Positions 45,704 to 54,388 of a DNA stretch of 64,000 nucleotides are shown here, in pieces. The position numbers and the translations under genes were made by a program. This stretch comes from a virus (lineage: Duplodnaviria; Heunggongvirae; Uroviricota; Caudoviricetes): the IMG/VR virus record IMGVR_UViG_3300032318_002198, one strand, 5' to 3'. How positions within the stretch are numbered: the stretch's first letter is position 1; every line of letters starts with the position of its first letter. The notes beneath the pieces were generated by a model. That model was not told the DNA's origin. It worked only from the letters and a program-made list of their open reading frames with translations, and did no database searches.

Positions 45704-46291
45704 ATGACAATAAAAATTAAATCTACAAAAGTTTTTAAATACTTACCTTGCGGTCATGCTCAATATTTTGATAAAGAGCTCGATGGCAGTTCAGGTGAGT
45801 GTGCTAGTATACATGGTTACGACCGCGAAGTTGAATTTACATTTGCAGGAGACATTGATGATCACGGATGGATAGTACCGTTCGGTGAGCTAGGCCCTAT
45901 TAAAAAATTCCTAGAATACTATTTTGATCACGTAACTGTCCTACCTGCAGATGATCCGAGATTAAACCAGATTAGTCAAGAAATGATTGGACCCGGAGGA
46001 TTATTGGGAACATTAAGAATTTTACCAAGTGGTGTTTCAATGGAAATGAGTTCCGTCTTTATTTGGGAACATGTGAATCACTATATCTATAAAATAACTA
46101 ATGGTAGATGTTATGTAGAACGTGTTCGTGTTTACGAACATAATCGTAATGATGCAATGTGTGAAGTATCTGAAGCAACTGCCCGCGCAGATGCGCAACG
46201 TAAAATGTGTAGTACGTTAGAAGTGTTGCCAATGAAACCGCGTTGGGAATGGGAATCGCCAAAGGATCTTATTGGGAGAATATATGAATGA
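45704..46291 (+). CDS. QueD/6-pyruvoyl-tetrahydropterin-synthase-fold protein (divergent; HGH to HGY)
   Basis: LPCGHAQY...GECASIHGYDREVEFTFAGDIDDHGWIVPFGEL...LEYYFDHVTVLP is co-linear with E. coli QueD HRLPH...[34 protein letters not shown]...LDHHYLN. Confidence 0.5.
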   Translation: MTIKIKSTKVFKYLPCGHAQYFDKELDGSSGECASIHGYDREVEFTFAGDIDDHGWIVPFGELGPIKKFLEYYFDHVTVLPADDPRLNQISQEMIGPGGLLGTLRILPSGVSMEMSSVFIWEHVNHYIYKITNGRCYVERVRVYEHNRNDAMCEVSEATARADAQRKMCSTLEVLPMKPRWEWESPKDLIGRIYE

Positions 46292-46422
46292 TAAACAATG
46301 GCTAGAACGTGTAACTATTGCATATAAAGTTTACTGTGAAAAAGTTGGCCCAAGTTTACCCATAGAAAATTTCATTGCTTGGATATACAATGAATATGGA
46401 ATTGTACAACCCAAATGATCAA

Positions 46423-46451
46423 TTGACTTTATGTCATATCTATGTTACAAT
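46423..46451 (+). promoter_or_regulatory. Sigma70-like promoter (TTGACT, 17 nt spacer, TACAAT)
   Basis: TTGACT at 46423-46428 and TACAAT at 46446-46451. Confidence 0.5.
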
Positions 46452-46456
46452 GTACT

Positions 46457-46648
46457 ATGAATGAATCAAAAAAAATTAAATATACAGTAAGTTGGACTCA
46501 ACATCCTAACGATTGGGATGTTAAAAAACTTGCTCAAATGTTAGAAATTGGCCGGCAAAAAGCAATCGAGCTAGATCGGCAACGTTTAGAAGATATTTCT
46601 ATCCAAGAAACCCAAGCACTAATTAAGAGGCTAACATGCAAAAAGTAA
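46457..46648 (+). CDS. Hypothetical protein (possibly leaderless; the track start 46442 lies within the promoter)
   Basis: MNESKK... 63 aa. Confidence 0.4.
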   Translation: MNESKKIKYTVSWTQHPNDWDVKKLAQMLEIGRQKAIELDRQRLEDISIQETQALIKRLTCKK

Positions 46649-46812
46649 ATTCACTAACATGGACATTGACTGTCGAGGAAGATCCTGAAACTGGAGAAAG
46701 TATCCTACAATTTCCTCCTGACTTGTTAGAGAATGTCGGGTGGAAAGAAGGCGATGTTCTTGAATGGAATGATAATGGAGATGGCTCATGGAGTCTCGCA
46801 AAAAAAGTCTAA
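46636..46812 (+). CDS. AbrB/MazE/SpoVT-type (swapped-hairpin) small DNA-binding protein or antitoxin-like (58 aa)
   Basis: LQFPPDLLENVGWKEGDVLEW is the characteristic AbrB-domain core. Not in the track. The minus ORF 46631-46864 is probably spurious. Confidence 0.5.
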   Translation: MQKVNSLTWTLTVEEDPETGESILQFPPDLLENVGWKEGDVLEWNDNGDGSWSLAKKV

Positions 46813-47021
46813 TGTTTCGTCCGCAAGAAATGAATGGGGAATTTAAATTAAAAAATAATCCCATAGGACATTATCATTATCATATAAGATCTCATACTGA
46901 TAAACATTTTTTAAGAGTTGGTGGATATCTGCATTATCTTGCTGACCATGCTCCTCTAGCTGTTAATAAAAAATGGAAAAAAGTATTTCGTAAATTTTGT
47001 AAACTACATCCTAAATTCTAA
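46812..47021 (+). CDS. His-rich small protein (70 aa)
   Basis: TAATG overlaps on both sides; HYHYHIRSHTDKH. Confidence 0.35.
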   Translation: MFRPQEMNGEFKLKNNPIGHYHYHIRSHTDKHFLRVGGYLHYLADHAPLAVNKKWKKVFRKFCKLHPKF

Positions 47022-48037
47022 TGACTAAACGTATCGGTTTTTGCTGCAAGATTTCTGAAATGGATCCTAAGAAGGGTCTAACTTCGATTCCAGAATATAA
47101 TTCTCAAACTACCACAGTTGCTTGGTTAAATAGACAAAGCAAAGGTGTTGCGGAGGAAAAACTATGGGATTGTATAAAGCACAACATCGAAGCAGCAAGA
47201 AAGGCTGTCGAATATGTTGGTAGTAAGGAAAAAACTCTTAGATTGTTTCGATTGGGTAGCGATATCCTTCCTATGTTTACTGAGCCAAAGTGGAGCTCAT
47301 TCTATGGGTCACTTGACGTTAAAAATTACATCGAACGACATTTTAAACGAGTTGGGGATACTGCACGTTCGTTGGATGTTCGGCTTAGTTTTCATCCTGG
47401 TCAATATACCGCTATGGCTAGCGATAATCCTGCAATTGTAGAAAAGAGTATCGAAGAATTCGAATATCATGCCACTATGGCTCGGCTAATGGGTTATGGT
47501 GTTAAATTTCAAGATTTTGTTATCAACGTGCATATTTCGGGTAGACAAGGACCAAATGGTATCCGCGAGGCTTATAAGAAATTGTCGCCCGAGGCACGAA
47601 ATTGCATTACTATAGAAAATGAGGAAATAAGTCATGGATTGGATGATTGTCTTAGTATTAGCGATATTATTCCTATCGTTTTTGATTGCCATCACCACTG
47701 GATCCGCGAGGGAGAGTATATTGATCCTACTGACTCACGTATTCAGAAGGTTATTGATAGTTGGCGCGGTAATCGCCCTCTTATGCATTATAGTGTCAGC
47801 AGGGAAGACTATCTCGTTGATCACGCCAGAGACGCCTTTCCTTCCCTTGACACGCTAATTAACAATGGTTATAAAAAGCAAAAACTTCGTGCTCACAGTG
47901 ACTTCTATTGGAATACTGCCGTAAATGATTGGGCATTGAGCTTTGTCAATCAGTTCGATATGGATTGCGAGGCTAAAGCAAAAAATCTTGCTTCATTTGC
48001 ACTACACGATTACGCTAGACAAAAACAAATAGTGTAA
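47021..48037 (+). CDS. uvdE: UV damage endonuclease (UvdE/UVDE)
   Basis: RLSFHPGQYTAMAS...YHATMARLMGYGVKFQDFVINVHISG...ITIENEE...VFDCHHHW is co-linear with B. subtilis UvsE RTSFHPNQFT...YHYRMLEAMGI...VINIHIGG...MTLENDD...VFDFHHF. Confidence 0.75.
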   Translation: MTKRIGFCCKISEMDPKKGLTSIPEYNSQTTTVAWLNRQSKGVAEEKLWDCIKHNIEAARKAVEYVGSKEKTLRLFRLGSDILPMFTEPKWSSFYGSLDVKNYIERHFKRVGDTARSLDVRLSFHPGQYTAMASDNPAIVEKSIEEFEYHATMARLMGYGVKFQDFVINVHISGRQGPNGIREAYKKLSPEARNCITIENEEISHGLDDCLSISDIIPIVFDCHHHWIREGEYIDPTDSRIQKVIDSWRGNRPLMHYSVSREDYLVDHARDAFPSLDTLINNGYKKQKLRAHSDFYWNTAVNDWALSFVNQFDMDCEAKAKNLASFALHDYARQKQIV

Positions 48038-48054
48038 ATTAGATACCCACAAAA

Positions 48055-48084
48055 AAGCCCCATATATTGGGGCTTTTTCTTTCC
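48055..48084. terminator. Bidirectional terminator (AAGCCCCA-TATAT-TGGGGCTT followed by TTTCTTTCC)
   Basis: 8-bp stem between convergent uvdE and the minus-strand Lys-rich gene. Confidence 0.7.
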
Positions 48085-48091
48085 TTCAAAA

Positions 48092-48400
48092 TCAAGACTT
48101 TTTAGGCACTTTTGCTGCACCTTTTGCAGTAACCTTCTTACTTGGTTTTTCTGCTACCACTTTCACCTTGGCTGGTGTTTCAGCCTTAGGTGTGCGTGGC
48201 TTACGTGTTTTCTTGACTGGTTCCTCAGCTACAACAACAGGTTCTGGTTGTACGACAGGTTCTGTTTGCACTACAGGTTCGCCCGATTTGTTATTAACAA
48301 CAAGTGGTTCGAACGTGTATGTAACATTTCGTTGAGCCTTAGCTGCTTCAATTTCTGCCTGCGTAGGAAATCCAAATATTTTTTTGATAAAATCTAACAT
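48092..48400 (-). CDS. Histone H1-like Lys/Ala/Pro-rich DNA-binding protein
   Basis: C-terminal KKTRKPRTPKAETPAKVKVVAEKPSKKVTAKGAAKVPKKS. The only minus-strand gene in its neighbourhood. Confidence 0.5.
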   Translation of the reverse strand: MLDFIKKIFGFPTQAEIEAAKAQRNVTYTFEPLVVNNKSGEPVVQTEPVVQPEPVVVAEEPVKKTRKPRTPKAETPAKVKVVAEKPSKKVTAKGAAKVPKKS

Positions 48401-48418
48401 ATAAATCCTTTATATTAA

Positions 48419-49024
48419 ATGTTAATATATTTAACCTCGATAAATACTTATATGAAAAATTCATTAGTCGAGTTTCGAAGTTTAATTATCGAAGCTGAAA
48501 AAGTTAAAGATACGTTAGTGTTAGACAAATTATCTTATGCTAGGTCTGACTTAGCACCATGTCTAAGTGAAAAAAATATTGATATACATTACGGCACATT
48601 AGCTAAAACTTATGTAGATCGTTACAATGCCGGTGAAGGAGATGCTGATTTTAACCGTGCAGGAGCTGTACTACATAATATCTTTTTCTCTCAATTTAAA
48701 CCTCCTTCTTCATCAAATAAGCCAGTGGGAGCAAGTTTGGAATTAATCAATAAACATTACGAAAATTTTACCAAATTCAAAGAAGAATTTGTAAAAACTG
48801 CAATGAGTATACAAGGTAGTGGTTGGGTTTATTTGTCATCTAAGGGAAAAATTAAAACTATAAAAAATCACGAAGTTTTCCAAGATATTTTATTATTAAT
48901 AGATTGGTGGGAACATGCGTGGTTTGTGGATTATGGCGCTGACAAGCAAAAATACATTAACAATATATGGAGGATAATAGACTGGGCGGTGATTAACGAT
49001 AGAATCAATCTAAAAAATAGTTGA
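48419..49024 (+). CDS. Fe/Mn superoxide dismutase-like protein (likely start Met12 at 48452)
   Basis: [22 protein letters not shown]..KTYV matches [44 protein letters not shown] and [11 protein letters not shown]...NIWRIIDW match DVWEHAYYIDY...HFWALVNW. All four metal ligands (H, H, D, H) are present. Confidence 0.7.
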   Translation: [201 protein letters not shown]

Positions 49025-49054
49025 TTCAAAACAAACAATATATTGGAGTTTAAT

Positions 49055-49276
49055 ATGTCTAATGCACTTAATAACGATACATCTATCGAAGAGCCGGACG
49101 ACGATGGTGATTTTACACAAGACGATTTTGGATTTATAATTGGCCCGGATGGCGAATTAAAAAGCATAATGTACCCAGAAAACCTCATGGAAGATCCTCC
49201 CGAAGAAATCAAAATGATTTTAGAAATTTTCGGAATTGATAGCCTAGAAACTGCTGAGCACAGAACTTTACATTAA
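49055..49276 (+). CDS. Acidic hypothetical protein
   Basis: 73 aa, Asp/Glu-rich. Confidence 0.4.
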   Translation: MSNALNNDTSIEEPDDDGDFTQDDFGFIIGPDGELKSIMYPENLMEDPPEEIKMILEIFGIDSLETAEHRTLH

Positions 49277-49311
49277 TAATTTTTGGTAAATAGTTAAAAC
49301 AACTATTTACT

Positions 49312-51393
49312 ATGAATCCTAATGCACCAACGTGGGTAACTCCCAAAGGTTTTTTATTTACTGGTACTGAATTAACTTTTAATTCATATACCATAACGGC
49401 AACGAATACTAGTTCATATCTATTATTGAACGGTTCGTTGCCGCCTGGGTTAACATTAACCACTACAACAGGTGTTATATCCGGAACACCAGCAGCAGTA
49501 ACTAATTTAACTGCTAGCAAATTCACTGTTAGAGCATATAATTCTCAAGCATCTATCGATCGAACATTCTCGATAGACATTCGTGGATCAGATCTCCCAA
49601 TTTGGAATACAATAACAATAACCACAGCATCTGTAACCACCTTAACTACTAGTACTACCCGGGGATATTTGCCTTTGGGTTTACAACAACAGCCATATGG
49701 ATTAAATCGTCAATATATCGACTTTCAATTTGTTGCAAATGCTGTAGAAGCACCTACAAACACCAAGATTCGATATTATATACCCGATCAAGGAGGAACA
49801 TTACCTCCAAACTTAACATTAAGTGAAGATGGAAAATTAAATGGTATTCTAGATTGTTTCACTATATCAGATCCTATAACTACTCTAAATAATACAACCA
49901 CAGTATATCTACCCAAAGAATATCAATTCTATGTATCAGCAACTGATTCCGTGAGATTTCAAACGAGACTATTTAAAATATTAGTAGTTGATCCCGAAAT
50001 GCTGCGTTATCAAACATTAACTAAAAATACTAATTTTAATATTTTAGATATAAGTTTACAAACTCAACCATTTAATTACTTACAATCACCGCAATTCTTA
50101 CAAAATCAAAATTTAGGTACATTTAGATCAGAAAACTTTCAAACTATTTCTGTTGCTGCTTATAATCCTGCTCCTTTGGTAGGAACATTAACGTATTCTT
50201 TAGTAACAAGTACAAATGTTTATAATAATTTACCAAATGAATTAACATTAGATACTACTTCGGGAATTATATCTGGATATATTCCTTATCAACCGGCATA
50301 TACAAAATCATATCAATTTGCTATAAAAGCACAAAAAATTGACGGAAATATCACCACTTCTACTAATAAAACTTTTAATTTAGCAGTAAAAGGTATTGTA
50401 GAAAGCACCATCGAATGGGTTTCTACTAGCAGTTTAGGTTCTATATATGGCGGCCAAATTAGTGAATTAGCAGTAAAGGCTAGACAAGTATCATCTGAAT
50501 ACGCAATTAAATACATTCAAACCAGCGGAACATTGCCCACAGGATTAACCTTAAAAAACGATGGATCTATCGTAGGAAAAACAAATTATAATACCAGTGG
50601 AACATACCAATTTACTGTTGTTGCTAAAGATGTATATGAATTAAGTGCCATAGAGAAGACATTTTCGTTAACTGTAATTCCATTATCAAAACAATATAAT
50701 GAAATTTATATAAAAGCATTATTGCCAAAAGAAAAATTAAGATCTTATACTGATTTTTTAGATAACGATACTATATTTGATCCGAAATTAATATATAGAT
50801 ATTTTGACTCCAATTTTGGAATACAACGAATACCTAAGATTGTATTAGAATTTGGGTTGGAAAGAATTGACCTTGAAGATTTTTACCCGTCATTAAACAA
50901 TAATTTTTATCGTAGAAGATTTTATTTTGGTGATATTAAAGTTGCTGTGGCAAAAGATAATCATGGAGAAAGTTTATATGAATTGATCTATGTAGAAGCT
51001 GTTGATGTGTTGGGTTTGAACAATAAATCTGTAGATTTAACATTCACATTAAATTCATCTACTTATTATCCTGCAAGTATAGATAACATGAAATATCGAT
51101 TACAAAATATATCCGTAAACAATTCTGCAACTATAACTGTAAATACCGACTTTAATCCGAAATTTTTCAAAGATTTTCCTCAAGTCGAGGAAGATTCAAT
51201 ATCTTATATAAAATTTATTCCTTTATGTTATGCTTTGCCCGGACAGAGTACTAAAATATTGAATAAAATTATAGTTAGTAAGTTTGATTTTAAGCAATAT
51301 TATATCGAAGCAGATAGGCTTATAGTCGGCGGTACGAATAATAGTCCGGCAGAAAAATATGTATTTTTTCCTAAAAAGGATCTCGGATCTTAA
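49312..51393 (+). CDS. Virion structural protein with tandem putative Ig-like (He_PIG-type) domains
   Basis: Four repeats of the LPxGLxLxxxTGxISGTP type: LPPGLTLTTTTGVISGTP, LPPNLTLSEDGKLNGI, PNELTLDTTSGIISGYIP and LPTGLTLKNDGSIVGKT. 693 aa, directly upstream of the tail fibre genes. Confidence 0.6.
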   Translation: MNPNAPTWVTPKGFLFTGTELTFNSYTITATNTSSYLLLNGSLPPGLTLTTTTGVISGTPAAVTNLTASKFTVRAYNSQASIDRTFSIDIRGSDLPIWNTITITTASVTTLTTSTTRGYLPLGLQQQPYGLNRQYIDFQFVANAVEAPTNTKIRYYIPDQGGTLPPNLTLSEDGKLNGILDCFTISDPITTLNNTTTVYLPKEYQFYVSATDSVRFQTRLFKILVVDPEMLRYQTLTKNTNFNILDISLQTQPFNYLQSPQFLQNQNLGTFRSENFQTISVAAYNPAPLVGTLTYSLVTSTNVYNNLPNELTLDTTSGIISGYIPYQPAYTKSYQFAIKAQKIDGNITTSTNKTFNLAVKGIVESTIEWVSTSSLGSIYGGQISELAVKARQVSSEYAIKYIQTSGTLPTGLTLKNDGSIVGKTNYNTSGTYQFTVVAKDVYELSAIEKTFSLTVIPLSKQYNEIYIKALLPKEKLRSYTDFLDNDTIFDPKLIYRYFDSNFGIQRIPKIVLEFGLERIDLEDFYPSLNNNFYRRRFYFGDIKVAVAKDNHGESLYELIYVEAVDVLGLNNKSVDLTFTLNSSTYYPASIDNMKYRLQNISVNNSATITVNTDFNPKFFKDFPQVEEDSISYIKFIPLCYALPGQSTKILNKIIVSKFDFKQYYIEADRLIVGGTNNSPAEKYVFFPKKDLGS

Positions 51394-51439
51394 CTTTTAA
51401 AATGAATAAATACATAAATTATCAAGGTACATTATAATT

Positions 51440-54352
51440 ATGACAACCCGTGCTCCATTATCACAAGTTACACAAGATCCTGGATTAACTAATCCTACCG
51501 AACAGGAAACAATATTTGTTGTAGTCGATTCAGGTGTTGAACAGAAACTAACTGTTGCACGAGCTCGCCAATTATTAAACACACAAGGTATTCAAGGTGC
51601 TAGTGGTGTACAAGGACGTCAAGGTTTCCAAGGACCACAAGGGTTTCAAGGACGTCAAGGTTTTCAAGGTGCTCAAGGTTTGCAAGGAGCATCTGGTGTT
51701 CAAGGATTTACTGGATTTCAAGGTTTCCAAGGTGCGCAGGGTATTCAAGGTCGTCAAGGATTTACTGGTACCCAGGGTGTTGGCGGGCCAGGTATACAAG
51801 GATTTCCAGGTACACAAGGTTTTCAAGGTGCTCAGGGTTTTGGTGGTGCAGGTATTCAAGGTGCTCAAGGTGCCCAAGGTTTCCAAGGATTTACAGGTCA
51901 TCAAGGTTTCCAAGGACATCAAGGTATGCAGGGTTCTCAGGGATTCCAAGGATTCCAAGGTGCTCAGGGAGTGGGCGGGGCACCGACCGGTCCTCAAGGT
52001 TTTCAAGGTTTTGATGGTCGCCAAGGACAGCTAGGAAGACAAGGTTTCCAAGGTGCTGATGGTATACAAGGAAGACAAGGTTTCCAAGGTGCTGATGGTA
52101 TACAAGGAGCTCAAGGATTCGGAGGCACAGGAATTCAAGGTGCTCAAGGTGCTATAGGTACTCAAGGTTTCCAAGGTGCTCAGGGTATACAAGGATTGCA
52201 AGGATTTCAAGGTGCTCAAGGTGCACCATCGGCAGGCGGTGTACAAGGTGCGCAAGGACCTCAAGGTATTCAAGGACCTCAAGGTTTCCAAGGTAATTCA
52301 GGTTTTCAAGGCGCTCAAGGTTTCCAAGGAAGTCAAGGAAATCTAGGAAATCGAGGTACTCAAGGATTTGATGGATTTCAAGGTATTCAAGGAGCTCAGG
52401 GATTACAAGGTGCTCAGGGTGTTGGTGGACTTGGTATACAAGGATTTCCAGGTACACAAGGTTTTCAAGGTGCGCAAGGAAATCAAGGTTTCCAAGGTCA
52501 TCAAGGATTCCAAGGCGCTCAAGGTATGGGTGGAGCACCAACGGGACCACAAGGTTTCCAGGGTGCGCAGGGATTCCAGGGCAATCAAGGATTCCAAGGT
52601 GCGCAAGGATTCGGTGGCGTTGGTTTCCAAGGTCAACCTGGTTTCCAAGGCGAAACAGGTTTCCAAGGTTTCCAAGGCAATCAAGGTTTCCAAGGTGCTC
52701 AAGGTATAGGCGGTGCACCGACCGGTCCTCAAGGTTTTCAAGGCCATCAAGGTTTTCAAGGACGTCAAGGTTTCCAAGGTGCCCAAGGTGTCGGTGGGCC
52801 TGGTATACAAGGATTTCCAGGTACACAAGGTATTCAAGGTGCGCAAGGATTCGGTGGACCAGGTATTCAAGGTCCGCAAGGTATTCAAGGACCGCAAGGT
52901 ATTCAAGGACGTCAAGGTTTCCAAGGTGCGCAGGGTGTCGGCGGGCCAGGTATTCAAGGATTTCCAGGCACACAAGGTTTCCAGGGTGCTCAAGGACCGC
53001 AAGGTATTCAAGGTCGCCAAGGTTTTCAAGGTTTCCAAGGTGTTCAAGGCGCTCAAGGTAATATAGGTGGTCCAGGTACACAAGGTTTCCAAGGTCACCA
53101 AGGATTTCAAGGTAATCAAGGTAATCAAGGTTCTATAGGATTAAGAGGTATTCAAGGTTCTCAAGGTGCCCAAGGTTTCCAAGGTGCTCAAGGTATTCAA
53201 GGTTTTCAAGGAGCGCAAGGTTTTGCTGGAGTCGGGAACCAAGGTGTTCAAGGCGCTCAAGGTATACAAGGACATCAGGGATTCCAAGGTGCTCAAGGCC
53301 CTAGAGGTCAACAAGGTATACAGGGTCCTGAAGGTATACAAGGGCCTCAAGGATTTACTGGCAATCAAGGCTTCGTGGGAGATGCCGGTGCTCAAGGGCC
53401 CCAAGGATATCAAGGATATCAAGGTATTCAAGGTGCGCAAGGTTTACAAGGTGCTCGAGGAACTCAAGGATTAGATGGCGTTCAAGGTTCATCAGGTGTG
53501 ATAGGAATACAAGGTGCTCAAGGTTCTCAAGGACAGGTAGGCCCGCAAGGATTACCTGGTATTCAAGGTTCTCAAGGACGAGATGGATACCAAGGACCAC
53601 AAGGTTTTACCGGACGACAAGGTGTTCAAGGAGCACCGGGTTTCCAAGGAGAACCAGGTTTCCAAGGAAATCAAGGTTTTGCTGGACTAGGTGCTCAAGG
53701 TTTCCAAGGTGCTCCTGGAATTCTAGGAGTACAAGGACGAGATGGATTCCAAGGTCAACCAGGTTTCCAAGGTAATCCAGGTTTCCAAGGTGCTCCAGGT
53801 CCAAACGGTATTCCCGGTAGTCCAGGTCCAAACGGTATTCCCGGTAGTCCAGGTCCAAACGGTATTCCCGGTAGTCCAGGTCCAAACGGTATTCCCGGTA
53901 GTCCAGGTCCAAACGGTAGTCCAGGTCCAAACGGTACCCCCGGAACATTGAGTTTAGCAAATGCTGTAGTGTATACCAACGGCTCAGCGACCGCACAAAC
54001 CACAACCAGTCTCCGTTATGACGGATCTACCTTAAGTGTTACTGGAGCAATTGTTGCAACCGGTGACATAACTGCATTTTCAGACGAAAGACTAAAGACC
54101 AATATTACAACTATTGACGATGCCTTAACTAAACTTGATCAGATTAATGGATATTTGTATACTAATTCAACTACTGGTAAACGTCACACTGGTGTTATTG
54201 CACAAGAAATTATTAAAGTATTACCAGAAGCAGTAATGAAAAATAACAATGATTATTATTCAGTTGCATACGGTAATTTAATTGGTTTATTAATACAAGG
54301 TATTAAGGAACTCAATACAGAAGTAAATTCATTAAAGAAAAAATTACAGTAA
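51440..54352 (+). CDS. Collagen-like (G-X-Y triple-helix repeat) tail fibre with C-terminal S74 intramolecular-chaperone autoproteolytic domain
   Basis: About 750 residues of uninterrupted GXY (GFQGAQG...). The C-terminus [29 protein letters not shown]...[15 protein letters not shown] matches peptidase_S74. Confidence 0.85.
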   Translation: MTTRAPLSQVTQDPGLTNPTEQETIFVVVDSGVEQKLTVARARQLLNTQGIQGASGVQGRQGFQGPQGFQGRQGFQGAQGLQGASGVQGFTGFQGFQGAQGIQGRQGFTGTQGVGGPGIQGFPGTQGFQGAQGFGGAGIQGAQGAQGFQGFTGHQGFQGHQGMQGSQGFQGFQGAQGVGGAPTGPQGFQGFDGRQGQLGRQGFQGADGIQGRQGFQGADGIQGAQGFGGTGIQGAQGAIGTQGFQGAQGIQGLQGFQGAQGAPSAGGVQGAQGPQGIQGPQGFQGNSGFQGAQGFQGSQGNLGNRGTQGFDGFQGIQGAQGLQGAQGVGGLGIQGFPGTQGFQGAQGNQGFQGHQGFQGAQGMGGAPTGPQGFQGAQGFQGNQGFQGAQGFGGVGFQGQPGFQGETGFQGFQGNQGFQGAQGIGGAPTGPQGFQGHQGFQGRQGFQGAQGVGGPGIQGFPGTQGIQGAQGFGGPGIQGPQGIQGPQGIQGRQGFQGAQGVGGPGIQGFPGTQGFQGAQGPQGIQGRQGFQGFQGVQGAQGNIGGPGTQGFQGHQGFQGNQGNQGSIGLRGIQGSQGAQGFQGAQGIQGFQGAQGFAGVGNQGVQGAQGIQGHQGFQGAQGPRGQQGIQGPEGIQGPQGFTGNQGFVGDAGAQGPQGYQGYQGIQGAQGLQGARGTQGLDGVQGSSGVIGIQGAQGSQGQVGPQGLPGIQGSQGRDGYQGPQGFTGRQGVQGAPGFQGEPGFQGNQGFAGLGAQGFQGAPGILGVQGRDGFQGQPGFQGNPGFQGAPGPNGIPGSPGPNGIPGSPGPNGIPGSPGPNGIPGSPGPNGSPGPNGTPGTLSLANAVVYTNGSATAQTTTSLRYDGSTLSVTGAIVATGDITAFSDERLKTNITTIDDALTKLDQINGYLYTNSTTGKRHTGVIAQEIIKVLPEAVMKNNNDYYSVAYGNLIGLLIQGIKELNTEVNSLKKKLQ
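53795..53920 (+). repeat. Four perfect tandem copies of a 27-nt unit (CCAGGTCCAAACGGTATTCCCGGTAGT, encoding PGPNGIPGS) plus a partial copy, inside the collagen-like gene
   Basis: Exact nucleotide identity across all four units. Confidence 0.85.
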
Positions 54353-54388
54353 ATACTAACAATAAATATATTAAATACGGAGTTTATA

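Noticed and set aside
51575-54005. Many long minus-strand and alternative-frame ORFs inside the collagen-like gene (e.g. 52152-53081, 52403-53128, 51597-52034)
   Set aside because: They are artefacts of the 9-nt periodicity of the G-X-Y repeat, with low-complexity L/K/V-rich translations and no stops by chance. The + frame, with its S74 C-terminal domain, is the real gene.
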